From an uncultured delta proteobacterium (GTDB lineage: Bacteria > Myxococcota > Myxococcia > SLRQ01), in the NCBI GenBank assembly GCA_963727485.1, contig CAVSGM010000001.1, positions 1,024,001 to 1,088,000 on the forward strand: a stretch of DNA of 64,000 nucleotides, given 5' to 3'. The notes under the pieces were generated by a model, which saw nothing but the letters and a program-made list of their open reading frames with translations, searched no databases and was not told the origin of the DNA. The stretch's first letter is position 1, and each line of letters begins with the position of its first letter. This document shows, one piece after another, positions 9,631-18,680 of this stretch. The translations under genes were made by a program, and so were the position numbers.

Positions 9631-9882
9631 ATGGCGCCTGAAGATCCGGGCGACCGCGTCGCCCTCTCGGAGCTCGCCGGGCTGCTCGCCGCCAGCCTCG
9701 GCGAGGACAGGGCCCGCGCCACGGTGGAGGGCACGGTGAGGGCCATGGGCCTCGAAGGCCCCGAGCTCGAGGCCCGGGACGCCTTCCGGGTCCTGGCTCA
9801 GCTCGGCGAGGCGCCGGGGATCGTGGGGACGGTGGCGCGCTTCGCCAAGGCCCGGTTCATCCTCGCCCACCCGGTGGAGTGA
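9631..9882 (+). CDS. Small hypothetical protein (83 aa)
   Basis: AGGAG RBS before the ATG, GC3-biased codons, helical protein-like composition. Confidence 0.6.
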   Translation: MAPEDPGDRVALSELAGLLAASLGEDRARATVEGTVRAMGLEGPELEARDAFRVLAQLGEAPGIVGTVARFAKARFILAHPVE

Positions 9883-10084
9883 CCCCGCTGGGCTCGCCGG
9901 CGTCGCAGCGCTTGCAGTCGAGGCGTCGGCCGAGGAAGCCTCGGCGCCCGGCCTCGGTGGTGACCCAGGGGCGCACGGTCCACGGCGGGTCGTGGCGCAC
10001 GTGCTGGCCGTGACCGCAGGCGAGCTCGGCGACCCAGTGGCCCTCGTCGTCCCGGTGGTAACCCACGATCGGCTGCTCCATCAT
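9857..10084 (-). CDS. DUF3565 family small Cys/His protein
   Basis: IVGYHRDDEGHWVAELACGHGQHVRHDPPW..RPWV...CKRC. Confidence 0.85.
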   Translation of the reverse strand: MMEQPIVGYHRDDEGHWVAELACGHGQHVRHDPPWTVRPWVTTEAGRRGFLGRRLDCKRCDAGEPSGVTPPGGRG

Positions 10085-11727
10085 CCCGCTCCTTCGGCGC
10101 CAGGCCGCGGGCTCCCGCACACCGCGGCCTCGAGGGCGGCGGCGACCAGCTGCTCCTCGGAGAGCACCTCGTCGGCGCCGAGGCGGCGCAGCCCCTCGAC
10201 GTCGGCAGCGTAGCGCGTCCGGGCGATGCGGCGCACCCCCGGGGCGAGGCGGCCGGCGGTGGCCAGCGCCCGGCGGGTGGTCTCGGCGTCGGGCAGGGTG
10301 AGGACCAGGGCCGCGGCGTGCGCCAGCCCCGCGTGGTGGAGGACCTCGGGGCGGGTGACGTCGCCGAGGAGGAGCGGCAGCCCCGCCCGGCGCGCCTGGC
10401 GGACCATCGCGGCGTTGAGGTCGACCACCAGGTAGGCGAGGCCCCGGGCGGCCAGCCCCGCGGCGACCTCCCGGCCCGCGGGGCCGAAGCCGGCGACGAT
10501 CACGTGGCCCTCGAGGGCCGGGGCCCCGGGGGTGCCGGCGGCCGGGCGTCCCAGGCGCCTCGCCAGGGCCGAGCCGTCCGCCCACCGGGCGAGGCGCGGG
10601 GCCACCGCCAGCACCAACGGCGTCCCCCCCATGGAGAGGACGGTGGCGGCGAGGAGGGTCTGCTGCACCCGCGGGGGCAGGACCCCGGTGGCCACGGTGA
10701 GGAGCACGAAGGAGAACTCGCCGACCTGGGCCAGCCCCAGCCCGGTGCGGGTCGCGGTGCCGGGGCCGTGGCCCAGGGCCAGGGCGAGGACGAAGATCAC
10801 CGCCGCCTTCCCCACGGCGATCGCCACGGCGGTCCCGAGGATGGGCACCGGGTCGGCGACCAGCGCCCGGGGGTCCAGGAGCATCCCCACCGCCACGAAG
10901 AAGAGGGCGATGAACAGGTCCCGGAAGGGCACCGCCTCGGTGAGCACCGTGAGCCGGTGCTCCGAGCCGCCGATGGCCAGCCCGGCGAGGAAGGCGCCGA
11001 GGGCCATGGAGAGGCCGGCGGCGGTGGTGAGCCACCCGATGCCCAGGACCCCGGCGGCGACGGCGATGAGGAAGAGCTCCCGGCTCCGGGTCGCGGCCAG
11101 GCGGTCGAGGAGCCAGGGGACGAGCCGGCGGGAGACCAGGACCACGCCGGCGATCACCGCCACCCCCTCGGCGAGGGCCGGGAGCAGCCCCCGGGTGCCC
11201 GGGGCGGCATTGCCGCCGAGGACCGGGATCAGGAGGGTCATGGGCACCACCGCCAGGTCCTGGAAGAGGAGCAGGGCCAGGGCGAGGCGGCCGTGGGGGG
11301 TCTCGAGCTCGCCCTGGTCCGAGAAGGCCCGGAGGACGATGGCGGTGCTCGAGAGGGAGACCACGAAGCCCACCACCAGGGCCGGGCCCGGGGCGAGCCC
11401 GAGGGCGAGGGCGACGCCGGCGGCGGCCGCGGTGGTCACGGTGACCTGGAGGGCGCCGCCGACGACGAAGGCGACCCCCAGCGACCGCAGGCGCGAGAGC
11501 GAGAGCTCGAGGCCGATGGAGAAGAGGAGGAGCACCACCCCCACGTCGGCGAGGGTGCGCACCGCGGTGGCGTCGGGGACCAGGTGCAGGGCCCCGGGGC
11601 CGATGAGGGCCCCGGCGACGAGGTAGCCCACCAGCACCGGCAGCTTGAGCCGCCGGAGCAGCAAGGTCACCGACGCCGCAGCGCCGAGGACCACCGCGAG
11701 CTCCCCCAGGATCGCGACGTCGTGCAT
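10081..11727 (-). CDS. CPA2-family cation:proton antiporter with TrkA-N domain (KefB/YbaL-like)
   Basis: LFSIGLE, SLSSTAIV, LLFQDL, PFRDLF..LFFVAVGM, AQVGEFSF, HVIVAGFG..G. Confidence 0.92.
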   Translation of the reverse strand: MHDVAILGELAVVLGAAASVTLLLRRLKLPVLVGYLVAGALIGPGALHLVPDATAVRTLADVGVVLLLFSIGLELSLSRLRSLGVAFVVGGALQVTVTTAAAAGVALALGLAPGPALVVGFVVSLSSTAIVLRAFSDQGELETPHGRLALALLLFQDLAVVPMTLLIPVLGGNAAPGTRGLLPALAEGVAVIAGVVLVSRRLVPWLLDRLAATRSRELFLIAVAAGVLGIGWLTTAAGLSMALGAFLAGLAIGGSEHRLTVLTEAVPFRDLFIALFFVAVGMLLDPRALVADPVPILGTAVAIAVGKAAVIFVLALALGHGPGTATRTGLGLAQVGEFSFVLLTVATGVLPPRVQQTLLAATVLSMGGTPLVLAVAPRLARWADGSALARRLGRPAAGTPGAPALEGHVIVAGFGPAGREVAAGLAARGLAYLVVDLNAAMVRQARRAGLPLLLGDVTRPEVLHHAGLAHAAALVLTLPDAETTRRALATAGRLAPGVRRIARTRYAADVEGLRRLGADEVLSEEQLVAAALEAAVCGSPRPGAEGAG

Positions 11728-11789
11728 CTACCGGGAGGCTAGGGTCCCGGGCGGGCGAGGCGACCGGGGCGAAGGTCCCCAGGCCGGGA

Positions 11790-13145
11790 TCAGAGCGCGG
11801 CCCGGCGCTTGACCTCGACGTAGGCGTTCACCGCCGCCAGGGTCGCCTCCTCGGGCAACGGGTCGAGGATCCGGGCGCCGGCCTGGGCCAGGCCCCGGCG
11901 CAGGCCCTCGCGCTCGTCGAGGAGCTCGGCGGCGACGGCCATCCGCCAGGGGTCCTCGGTGTCCACCGGGGCCCGGCGGGCGGTGGCCTCGAGCTCGGGA
12001 TCGCGCATGGCGAGGACCACCGGGAGGTGCCGGGTGGCCAGCCGCCGGACGTTGTCGACCAGGGGCCGGCTGGTGGCCTCGTCGTGGAGGTCGGTGAAGG
12101 CGAGGACCAGGGCCCGGCGCGGCTGGCGCGCCAGCACCGCCCGGGCGAAGGCCCGGTAGTCGACGTAGGTCCGCGAGGGCTGCACCGCGAAGAGGGCCTC
12201 GAGGATCCGCTGGTACTGGGCCCGCCCCTTGCCCGGGGGGACGTAGGCCTGCACCGCGTCGTCGAAGACCATCAGGCCCACCCGGTCGTCGTGGCGCAGG
12301 GCCACGAAGGCCACCAGGAGCGCGGCGTTCACCGCGTGGTCGAGGCGCGAGAGGCGCCCGGCGCGCACCGCCATCAGCCGGCTGGCGTCGACGCAGAGGA
12401 GCACGGTCTGGGAGCGCTCCGGGGCGTGGACCCGGACCACCGGCGTCTCCCGGCGGGCGGTGGCCTTCCAGTCGACGTCCCGGTAGGCGTCGCCGGGGAC
12501 GTAGTCGCGCAAGAGCTCGAACTCGCTCCCCTCGCCCTCGCGGCGCAGCACGTGGACCCCGACCCGGGCGAGGTCCCGGGCGCCCCCGGCGAGGACCACC
12601 CCGGTGGCGCTGCGGACGTCGGGGTAGACCCGGGCCTCGCCGGCGAGGGGCACCACCCGGTCGGCCCAGGCGAGGCCCAGGGGCCCCCGCACCCGCAGGT
12701 GGACGTCGCCCCAGTCGAAGCGGCCCCGGGACGGCGGGGTGACCCGCAGGGTGGCGGTGGCGGCGCCGAAGGCGGGGACGGTGAGGCGGACCTCGGGGCG
12801 GTCGACCTCGAAGGCGGCGGGGACGTCGTCCCGGAGGCGCACCACCCGGGGGCGGGCCTCCCGGCTCTCGACCACCAGGCGCACCCGGTTGGGGGCGCCC
12901 ACCGAGAGGCGCCTGGGGAGCTTGCGGGCCACCGTGAGGGGGATGCGTGCCGCGGCGGCGGCGTCGGCGACGGCGATGACGCAGAGGAGGGCGTCCACCG
13001 CGGCCACCGCCCACACCACCGCCGGGGCGGCCGGGGCCAGGAGCAGGACCACCCCGGGCAGGAGGAGCACCCAGGCGAGGCGCGCCCCGGGGACGAAGCG
13101 GCCGCCCTCGGCCGGGCGCGCCGAGGTGGGCAGGGGCCCGGCCAC
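11790..13145 (-). CDS. DUF58 domain protein
   Basis: EFELLRDYVPGDAYRDVDWKATAR, VWA-like CVDASRLM, DRVGL. Confidence 0.9.
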   Translation of the reverse strand: MAGPLPTSARPAEGGRFVPGARLAWVLLLPGVVLLLAPAAPAVVWAVAAVDALLCVIAVADAAAAARIPLTVARKLPRRLSVGAPNRVRLVVESREARPRVVRLRDDVPAAFEVDRPEVRLTVPAFGAATATLRVTPPSRGRFDWGDVHLRVRGPLGLAWADRVVPLAGEARVYPDVRSATGVVLAGGARDLARVGVHVLRREGEGSEFELLRDYVPGDAYRDVDWKATARRETPVVRVHAPERSQTVLLCVDASRLMAVRAGRLSRLDHAVNAALLVAFVALRHDDRVGLMVFDDAVQAYVPPGKGRAQYQRILEALFAVQPSRTYVDYRAFARAVLARQPRRALVLAFTDLHDEATSRPLVDNVRRLATRHLPVVLAMRDPELEATARRAPVDTEDPWRMAVAAELLDEREGLRRGLAQAGARILDPLPEEATLAAVNAYVEVKRRAAL

Positions 13146-14125
13146 TACCGGGGCACCTCCACCTCGTCGAGGATCCGGTCGAGGACCTCCTCGGCGGTCA
13201 CCCCGTCGACCTCGGCGTCGGCGGTGAGGCGCAGGCGGTGGCCCAGGGTGGGCACGGCGAGGCGGCGGACGTCGTCGGGGGTGACGAAGTCCCGCCCCGA
13301 GAGGGCGGCGAGGGCCTGGCTGCACACCAGCAGGTGGATGGCGGCCCGGGGGCCGGCGCCGAGGCGGACCTCGGGGCTCTCCCGGGTGGCGGTGGCGAGC
13401 TTTCGGACGTAGCCGCGGACCGAGGGCTCGACGGTGACCGCGCGCACCGCGCCCCGGGCCCCGAGGACGTCGGCCACCGAGACCACCGGCCGCACCCCGG
13501 CGGCGTCGAGGTCGCCGGCGCCGAGGCCCTGGTGGGCCTGCTCCAGGATCCGGTCCTCGTCCTCGGCCGAGGGGTAGCCCACGTGGACCTTGAACAGGAA
13601 CCGGTCGAGCTGGGCCTCGGGGAGGGGGTAGGTGCCCTCGGACTCCACCGGGTTCTGGGTGGCGAAGACGGTGAACACCGCCGGCAGGGCGTGGGGCTCG
13701 CCGTCGATGGTGACCTGGCGCTCCTGCATCGCCTCGAGGAGGGCCGACTGGGTCTTGGGCGGCGCCCGGTTCACCTCGTCGGCCAGGAGCAGGTCGGCGA
13801 ACACCGGGCCCCGCACCAGGCTGAAGGTCCGGCTGGCGAGGTCGAAGACCCTTGTGCCGAGGATGTCCGAGGGCATGAGGTCCGGGGTGAACTGGATGCG
13901 CCGGAAGCCCCCGTCGAGGCTCCGGGCCAGGGCCCGGACCATGAGGGTCTTGGCCACGCCGGGCACGCCCTCGAGGAGGACGTGGCCGCCGGCGACCAGC
14001 CCGGTGAGGAGGAGCTCGACGACGTCGTCCTGGCCGACGACGGCCTTGCGGATCTCCTGGAGGACGGCGTCGCGGAGGCGGGCGGCCGCCTCCGTCGGCG
14101 AGGTGCTGCGGGCTTCGGGCTCCAC
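13145..14125 (-). CDS. MoxR-family AAA+ ATPase
   Basis: LLEGVPGVAKT, RIQFTPDLMPSD, LADEVNRAPPKTQSALLEAMQE, TQNPVE.EGTYPLPEAQLDRF. Confidence 0.96.
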   Translation of the reverse strand: MEPEARSTSPTEAAARLRDAVLQEIRKAVVGQDDVVELLLTGLVAGGHVLLEGVPGVAKTLMVRALARSLDGGFRRIQFTPDLMPSDILGTRVFDLASRTFSLVRGPVFADLLLADEVNRAPPKTQSALLEAMQERQVTIDGEPHALPAVFTVFATQNPVESEGTYPLPEAQLDRFLFKVHVGYPSAEDEDRILEQAHQGLGAGDLDAAGVRPVVSVADVLGARGAVRAVTVEPSVRGYVRKLATATRESPEVRLGAGPRAAIHLLVCSQALAALSGRDFVTPDDVRRLAVPTLGHRLRLTADAEVDGVTAEEVLDRILDEVEVPR

Positions 14126-14136
14126 GGGCGGTCCCC

Positions 14137-15623
14137 CTACGTGGCTTGGGCGTCGCCGCCCTCCGAGGCGGCGCGCGGGTGGCGTCTCTTGCCCCGGCGG
14201 CGGGCCGGGCGCTGGGACAGGGCATGGTACAGGGCGGCGGCGCGGCGGGCCACCTCGGTCAGGGCGGCGCGGGTGTCGTGGCCGGCCTCGGCCTCGGCGC
14301 GGAGGCGGGCCCGGGCGGTGGCCAGGGGCCGGGCGGCCTCGGCGACCGCCTCCCGGCCCCGGTGGGGGCGCGCGAGGCCCAGGGCCCGGCGGGCGATGGT
14401 CTCCCCGGCGTGCGCCCCGTGGCGCCCCACCTGGTAGAGGCGGCTCATGGCGGCGAGGAAGTCGGCGCCGGTGCCCTGGGGGGCGTCCTCGAGGCGCGCC
14501 GCCGGGCCCAGGCGCCGGCCGGCGAGGGCGGCGACCAGGAGGACCAGGAGCACCTGGAGGATCGCCGGCACCAGGCCCCGGTCCCGGGCGTAGCCCATGA
14601 GGGTGCGGTCGCCGGCGTGGCCGTGGTGGTACTCGTCGAAGTCCACCGGGCGCCCGTGGGCGAGGGCGCCGAGGCTGGAGACCCAGAAGGCGGCGTCGTC
14701 GGCCTTGCCCAGGTAGGCGTTGGTGGCGAGGTCCGGGGCGGCCACGGCGACCACCCACCCGTCGCCGTGGGGGACGGCCACGGCGGCGGCGGGGGCGGTG
14801 GCCCGGTCGGGCGCCTTGGGGTCCGGGGCCACCAGGAGGCGCACCTCCCGGCCGTCGGGGCGGTAGAGCCAGCCGGCGACCGGGGTCACCACCCGGTGGA
14901 CGCCCCGGGTGAGGAAGCTCGGCTGGCCGGGGACCAGGGTGCGCGGGGGGCCGAGGTCCCGGGGCTTCGCCGGGGCGAAGGGGTCGAAGGCGAGGGCGCG
15001 GTCGGGGCCGCCGTCGGGGCTGCCCCCGTCCGGGGAGCCGCCGTCGGCGACGCCCCCGTCGGCGCCGGTGGCCGCCCCGTCGGCGACGGCGCCGGGGCCG
15101 GTGGCCACCGGGGCCTCGACGCTGTCCCGGGTGCCCGCCTCCGGGTCCCGGAACCGCAGCCCCACCTGCCGGAGGAGGGCGTCGTCCCGGCGGACCACGT
15201 CCACCAGGTTCCCCCCGGCGGCGACCCAGTCGAGGAGGGCCCGGCACTCGGTGGGCGTGACGCCGCCACCCAAGGGGAAGCCCGCCGCCGCGGCTCCATC
15301 CGCTCCGTCCCCGCCGTCCCCGCCGTCCCTCGCCGTCCGCCGTCCGCGCCGTCCGCCCCGGCGGCGCAGGCGGACGGCCCGGGGACGTCGAGGAGGACCA
15401 GGGTCTGGGCGTGCTCGAGGACCTCGAGGTCGAGGTGGCGCCGGCGGACCTTCAGGCCCGCGGCGTCGGCGAGGAGGTAGAGCCCCCGGGCCCCATCGGG
15501 GGCGGCGCGGTAGGTGGAGCCCGGGTCGGCGAAGGCGCCGCGGCGGGCGCTCCTCGCCATGACCAGGCCCAGGCCGGCGGCGAGGGCCACCAGGAGGGCC
15601 GCCGGGGCGAGCCACCTACCCAA
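14137..15623 (-). CDS. DUF4350 domain protein, frameshift near 15335 within DGG repeats
   Basis: N-terminal TM and STY...PDGARGLY in one frame; LLDWVAAGG, ATNAYLGKADDA, FDEYHHG in another; position within the MoxR operon. Confidence 0.75.
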
Positions 15624-17445
15624 GGCCCAGCCCTCCCACGGCGTGGACCACCTGGAGGGCGCTCGCCCGCACCAGCTGGTAGCCGTCGCCGGTGACCGCG
15701 CCCAGGCCGTACCAGGCGTGCTCGTAGCGCCGGGTCACGTCCTCGAAGGTCTCGAGGGCGAGGCCCTCGCCCCGGAAGCCCCGGACCAGGTCCCAGTTGG
15801 TCCGGGCCCGCGCGTAGTCGATGGCCTGGGCCCGGTGGAGGGCGGAGAGGAGGGCGAGGTAGCCGAGGCGCACCGCCTCCCGGTGGGCGCCGTCCCGGGC
15901 GGCGGCGTCGGCCTCGGCGAGCCAGGCGTCGGGGGCCCGGGCGAGGGCGTCGGCGAGGGCGGTCCCGGGACGCGGCGGAGGCCGGTCGGTCGGGGCGTCG
16001 TCGGAGGCGTCGACGCCCTCCGGGGGGCGGCGGCCGCCGAGGGCCCGGGTGACGCCGAGGGCCACCACCACCAGCGCCCCGCCGAGGATCAGCGCCCACA
16101 TCACCCAGCCGAGGCCGTGGGTGGGGGTGGGGGCCTTCGCCGGAGCCTGGGGGGCGTGGGAGAAGAGCTTCTTCAGGAGCCGCCCGAGCCACCGGAAGAA
16201 CCGGTCGAAGGGGCCGGAGTCGAGGTCGGCCTTGCCGGCGGGGTGGACCTGGACCTCCTGGAACGCCGGCTCGGCGAGGATGCGCCGGGCCAGCACCCGG
16301 GGGTCGGTCCGGGCCGCCGGCGCCCGGGCCTGGGGGAGGGCGGCGAGGGCCAGGGACAGGCGCCGGCCGGCGGCGGCCACCCGCCCGGCGCCGAGGTCCG
16401 CCTCCACCTCCGAGGCGAGAGCGGCGAGGGCCGGGTCGTCGCCCTGGGCGCCTCGGAGGGCCCGGGCGATGGCCTCCGGATCGACCGGGGCGCCCTGGGC
16501 CGCGGCCCACCGGGCGTCGGCGAGGAGCCGGGCCCGGGGCGAGGCGGCGGCCCCGGGGGGGACCTGGGCCCGGGCGGCGGTCGCGCCCCCGAGGACCAGG
16601 CAGAGGACCAGGGCGGCGGTGCCCCGGCGCCGGCGGCGCGCCACCGGGGGCAGGGCGGCGGCGGCGGCCTCGAGGTCCAGGGCGTCCCGGCGCACCCGGC
16701 CGTCGACCAGGAGCAGGGCCAGGCTCGCCCAGCGCACCGGCTCCAGGAGCACGAAGGCCACGGCGGTGGTCGCCGGGAGGAAGATCGGGTTGCCCGGGGA
16801 GAGGACGCTCCGGAGGTAGACCACGTCGAGGTCGAGGAGGTGGGCCCCGAGGTAGAGGGCCAGCATCGAGAGCCCCGCGAGGTTGAGCGAGAGGAGGACG
16901 ATGCCCAGGAGCCAGAGGAGGGTGAGCCCCAGGCTCCGGCCGGTGTTCAGGCCCAGGAGGGCCCGGGCGCCGCGGATGCTCCGCCAGGGGGCGGCCTCCC
17001 GGGTGAGCACCAGGGGCACCGAAAGGAACACCCCGCCCCAGGCCAGAAGCGGCAGGAAGCCGGCGACGGCGCTCACCGCCACCGCCCAGGCGCCCATGGC
17101 CCCGGCGGCGATGAGCGACGGGGCCCGGCGCGCGGCCTCGGCGAACGCCCGCCCCGGCGAGATCCGCTCCCCCTCGACCCCGGTGAGGACCAGGCGCACC
17201 GCGGCGCCGCCGGCGACGTAGCGCAGGAGCCCGGCCCCGGCGGTGAGGGCGGCGAGGCGCACCAGCGCCGGCCACCCGGCGGCGTGGGCGCTGGCGTCGT
17301 AGGCGAGCCAGAGGGCGGCGAGGGCCACGGGCACCCCGCCGAGGATCGCCGGCCACGCCGCCTCTGGGGCGCTCACCACCGCCTCGAAGGCGGCGTCGAG
17401 GAGGCGCAGGGCGTCCCGGGGACGGAGGGGGGCGGAGGTGGGCAT
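15616..17445 (-). CDS. Membrane protein with C-terminal DUF4129 domain
   Basis: LRPR...LLDAAF, several TMs, RRDALDL, AVRLGYLALL, RTNWD, YEHAWYG. Confidence 0.8.
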   Translation of the reverse strand: MPTSAPLRPRDALRLLDAAFEAVVSAPEAAWPAILGGVPVALAALWLAYDASAHAAGWPALVRLAALTAGAGLLRYVAGGAAVRLVLTGVEGERISPGRAFAEAARRAPSLIAAGAMGAWAVAVSAVAGFLPLLAWGGVFLSVPLVLTREAAPWRSIRGARALLGLNTGRSLGLTLLWLLGIVLLSLNLAGLSMLALYLGAHLLDLDVVYLRSVLSPGNPIFLPATTAVAFVLLEPVRWASLALLLVDGRVRRDALDLEAAAAALPPVARRRRRGTAALVLCLVLGGATAARAQVPPGAAASPRARLLADARWAAAQGAPVDPEAIARALRGAQGDDPALAALASEVEADLGAGRVAAAGRRLSLALAALPQARAPAARTDPRVLARRILAEPAFQEVQVHPAGKADLDSGPFDRFFRWLGRLLKKLFSHAPQAPAKAPTPTHGLGWVMWALILGGALVVVALGVTRALGGRRPPEGVDASDDAPTDRPPPRPGTALADALARAPDAWLAEADAAARDGAHREAVRLGYLALLSALHRAQAIDYARARTNWDLVRGFRGEGLALETFEDVTRRYEHAWYGLGAVTGDGYQLVRASALQVVHAVGGLGLG

Positions 17446-17452
17446 CGGCGCG

Positions 17453-17716
17453 CTAGCGGAGGAGGGCGGCGACGCCCAGCCACAGGAGGGTCAGGCCCCC
17501 GAAGGCGGTGGCCACCAGCCCCAGCGAGAGAGGGTGGAGCTCCGAGCCCTCCCACCGGGCGCGGCCGCCGGCCTGGCCCAGCTTCTCCACGCACCGGAAG
17601 CAGCGGTGGATTCCGTCGATGGGGGTGGAGCACTCGATGCAGATGACCGTGCGGCAGACCACGCAGACGCCGACGGCGTTCCGATCGGGGTGATAGGTGC
17701 ACCGTCCCGAGAGCAC
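17453..17716 (-). CDS. B-box-like zinc-finger protein with C-terminal TM helix
   Basis: C..H.....GVC..C...IC.EC.......C..C followed by a hydrophobic helix. Confidence 0.75.
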   Translation of the reverse strand: MLSGRCTYHPDRNAVGVCVVCRTVICIECSTPIDGIHRCFRCVEKLGQAGGRARWEGSELHPLSLGLVATAFGGLTLLWLGVAALLR

Positions 17717-17750
17717 CCTTGGAGCCTAGCACGTGCTAGAGTCCGCGCCC

Positions 17751-18431
17751 ATGGACGCCCCCAGCCTCGACCAGATCGCGCAGCGCCTGTGGAGCGAGCA
17801 CAAGTACGCCATCCTCGCCCGATCCCGGGAGGCGGCCTCGCACATCGGCGGCCTGGTGGCCCACGGGGAGCGCCAGCCGGCGGCGGTGGTCGACGCGGTC
17901 GTCGAGGCCATGGCCGGCCCCGAGACCGACCTCCCCGGGGCGGTGAACGAGGCCTGGCAGCACCTGCTCCCCCGGGTGGGCTCCCCGGCGCGCCGGGCCA
18001 TGGCCCTGACCCTGGCCCGGGATCCCGACGACGCCCGGTGGCTCATGGGCGCCGTCGCCGAGCGGGTGGGCGACGCGGTGGTCGCCGGCTCGAGGCTCTT
18101 CGATCATCCCGCGGCGGCGAGGCGCCTGTGGCTCCGGGACCACCTGGGCCCGACCATGTACATGGTCGAGGGCGGCGAGGCGGTGCGGGTCTCGCCGGCG
18201 GAGGTCGGGGGGGTGCTGGTCGACGCCTTCGGCGACGCCGCCTACGAGGTCCTGCGCCTGGTGGGCGAGGCCCCGCGGGTCCCCGCCGAGATCACCGCCG
18301 CCGTGGGCCGGAAGGGACCAAGAATCCTCGAGGCCGCCCACCGCCTGCTGATCCTCCGTCGCATCGCCGGGGTCTACCGGGGGCGGGGAGATGCCCTGCG
18401 GGTGGTCCTCTCGGGCCTGGGCATCGGTTGA
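17751..18431 (+). CDS. Hypothetical protein, possible C-terminal winged-helix region
   Basis: Coding-like ORF with GC3 bias; no family recognised. Confidence 0.7.
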   Translation: MDAPSLDQIAQRLWSEHKYAILARSREAASHIGGLVAHGERQPAAVVDAVVEAMAGPETDLPGAVNEAWQHLLPRVGSPARRAMALTLARDPDDARWLMGAVAERVGDAVVAGSRLFDHPAAARRLWLRDHLGPTMYMVEGGEAVRVSPAEVGGVLVDAFGDAAYEVLRLVGEAPRVPAEITAAVGRKGPRILEAAHRLLILRRIAGVYRGRGDALRVVLSGLGIG

Positions 18432-18457
18432 CGATCCGCCGCCCCGAGCGCTAGCAT
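18428..18457 (+). promoter_or_regulatory. Sigma70-like promoter
   Basis: TTGACG-N18-TAGCAT overlapping the stop codon of the upstream gene. Confidence 0.55.
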
Positions 18458-18463
18458 TCCCGT

Positions 18464-18666
18464 GTGGTGGGGCGTCCCCTGGGGCGTGCCACCGGCGACA
18501 GATAGGCGCCCTCCGGCGCCGGTACGTCTGAGAAGAGCAAGGTCCGGGTCGCCGGGCCGCGCAGAGCTGCGCACCCCCGAGGCCTCGGCCGACGGGGCAG
18601 GCGGGCCGCCAGCGTACGCACGAGGTCCTTCGACCTCCTGTGTACGAAGGCGGCCCGTTTTCGTTT
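18464..18666 (+). ncRNA. Candidate structured leader RNA / sRNA of unknown family
   Basis: Lies between a promoter and a long terminator hairpin; several nested stems (see findings). Confidence 0.5.
18601..18666 (+). terminator. Long intrinsic-terminator-like hairpin
   Basis: GCGGGCCGCC-AG-CGTACGCA-C-GAGGTC-CTTC-GACCTC-C-TGTGTACG-AA-GGCGGCCCGT followed by TTTCGTTT. Confidence 0.7.
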
Positions 18667-18680
18667 GGGCCCTCTGGAGG

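Noticed and set aside
14990..15365. Short GC-rich repeats (also 26494-26640 and 50883-50955) as CRISPR-like arrays
   Set aside because: They are in-frame low-complexity coding repeats (DGG, PAKK) without unique spacers, and no cas genes are present.
18464..18666. 6S RNA, TPP riboswitch, hammerhead or retron msr-msd identity for the structured RNA
   Set aside because: No 5'/3' rod pairing or ygfA/zapA context for 6S. CTGAGA is present but the TPP 3' core is absent. The hammerhead GAAA is absent, and there is no reverse transcriptase in the window.
18462..18680. 73-aa N-terminal extension of the Ser/Thr kinase in the ORF track
   Set aside because: Low-complexity sequence running through a terminator hairpin; a good GGAGG lies next to ATG 18681-18690.
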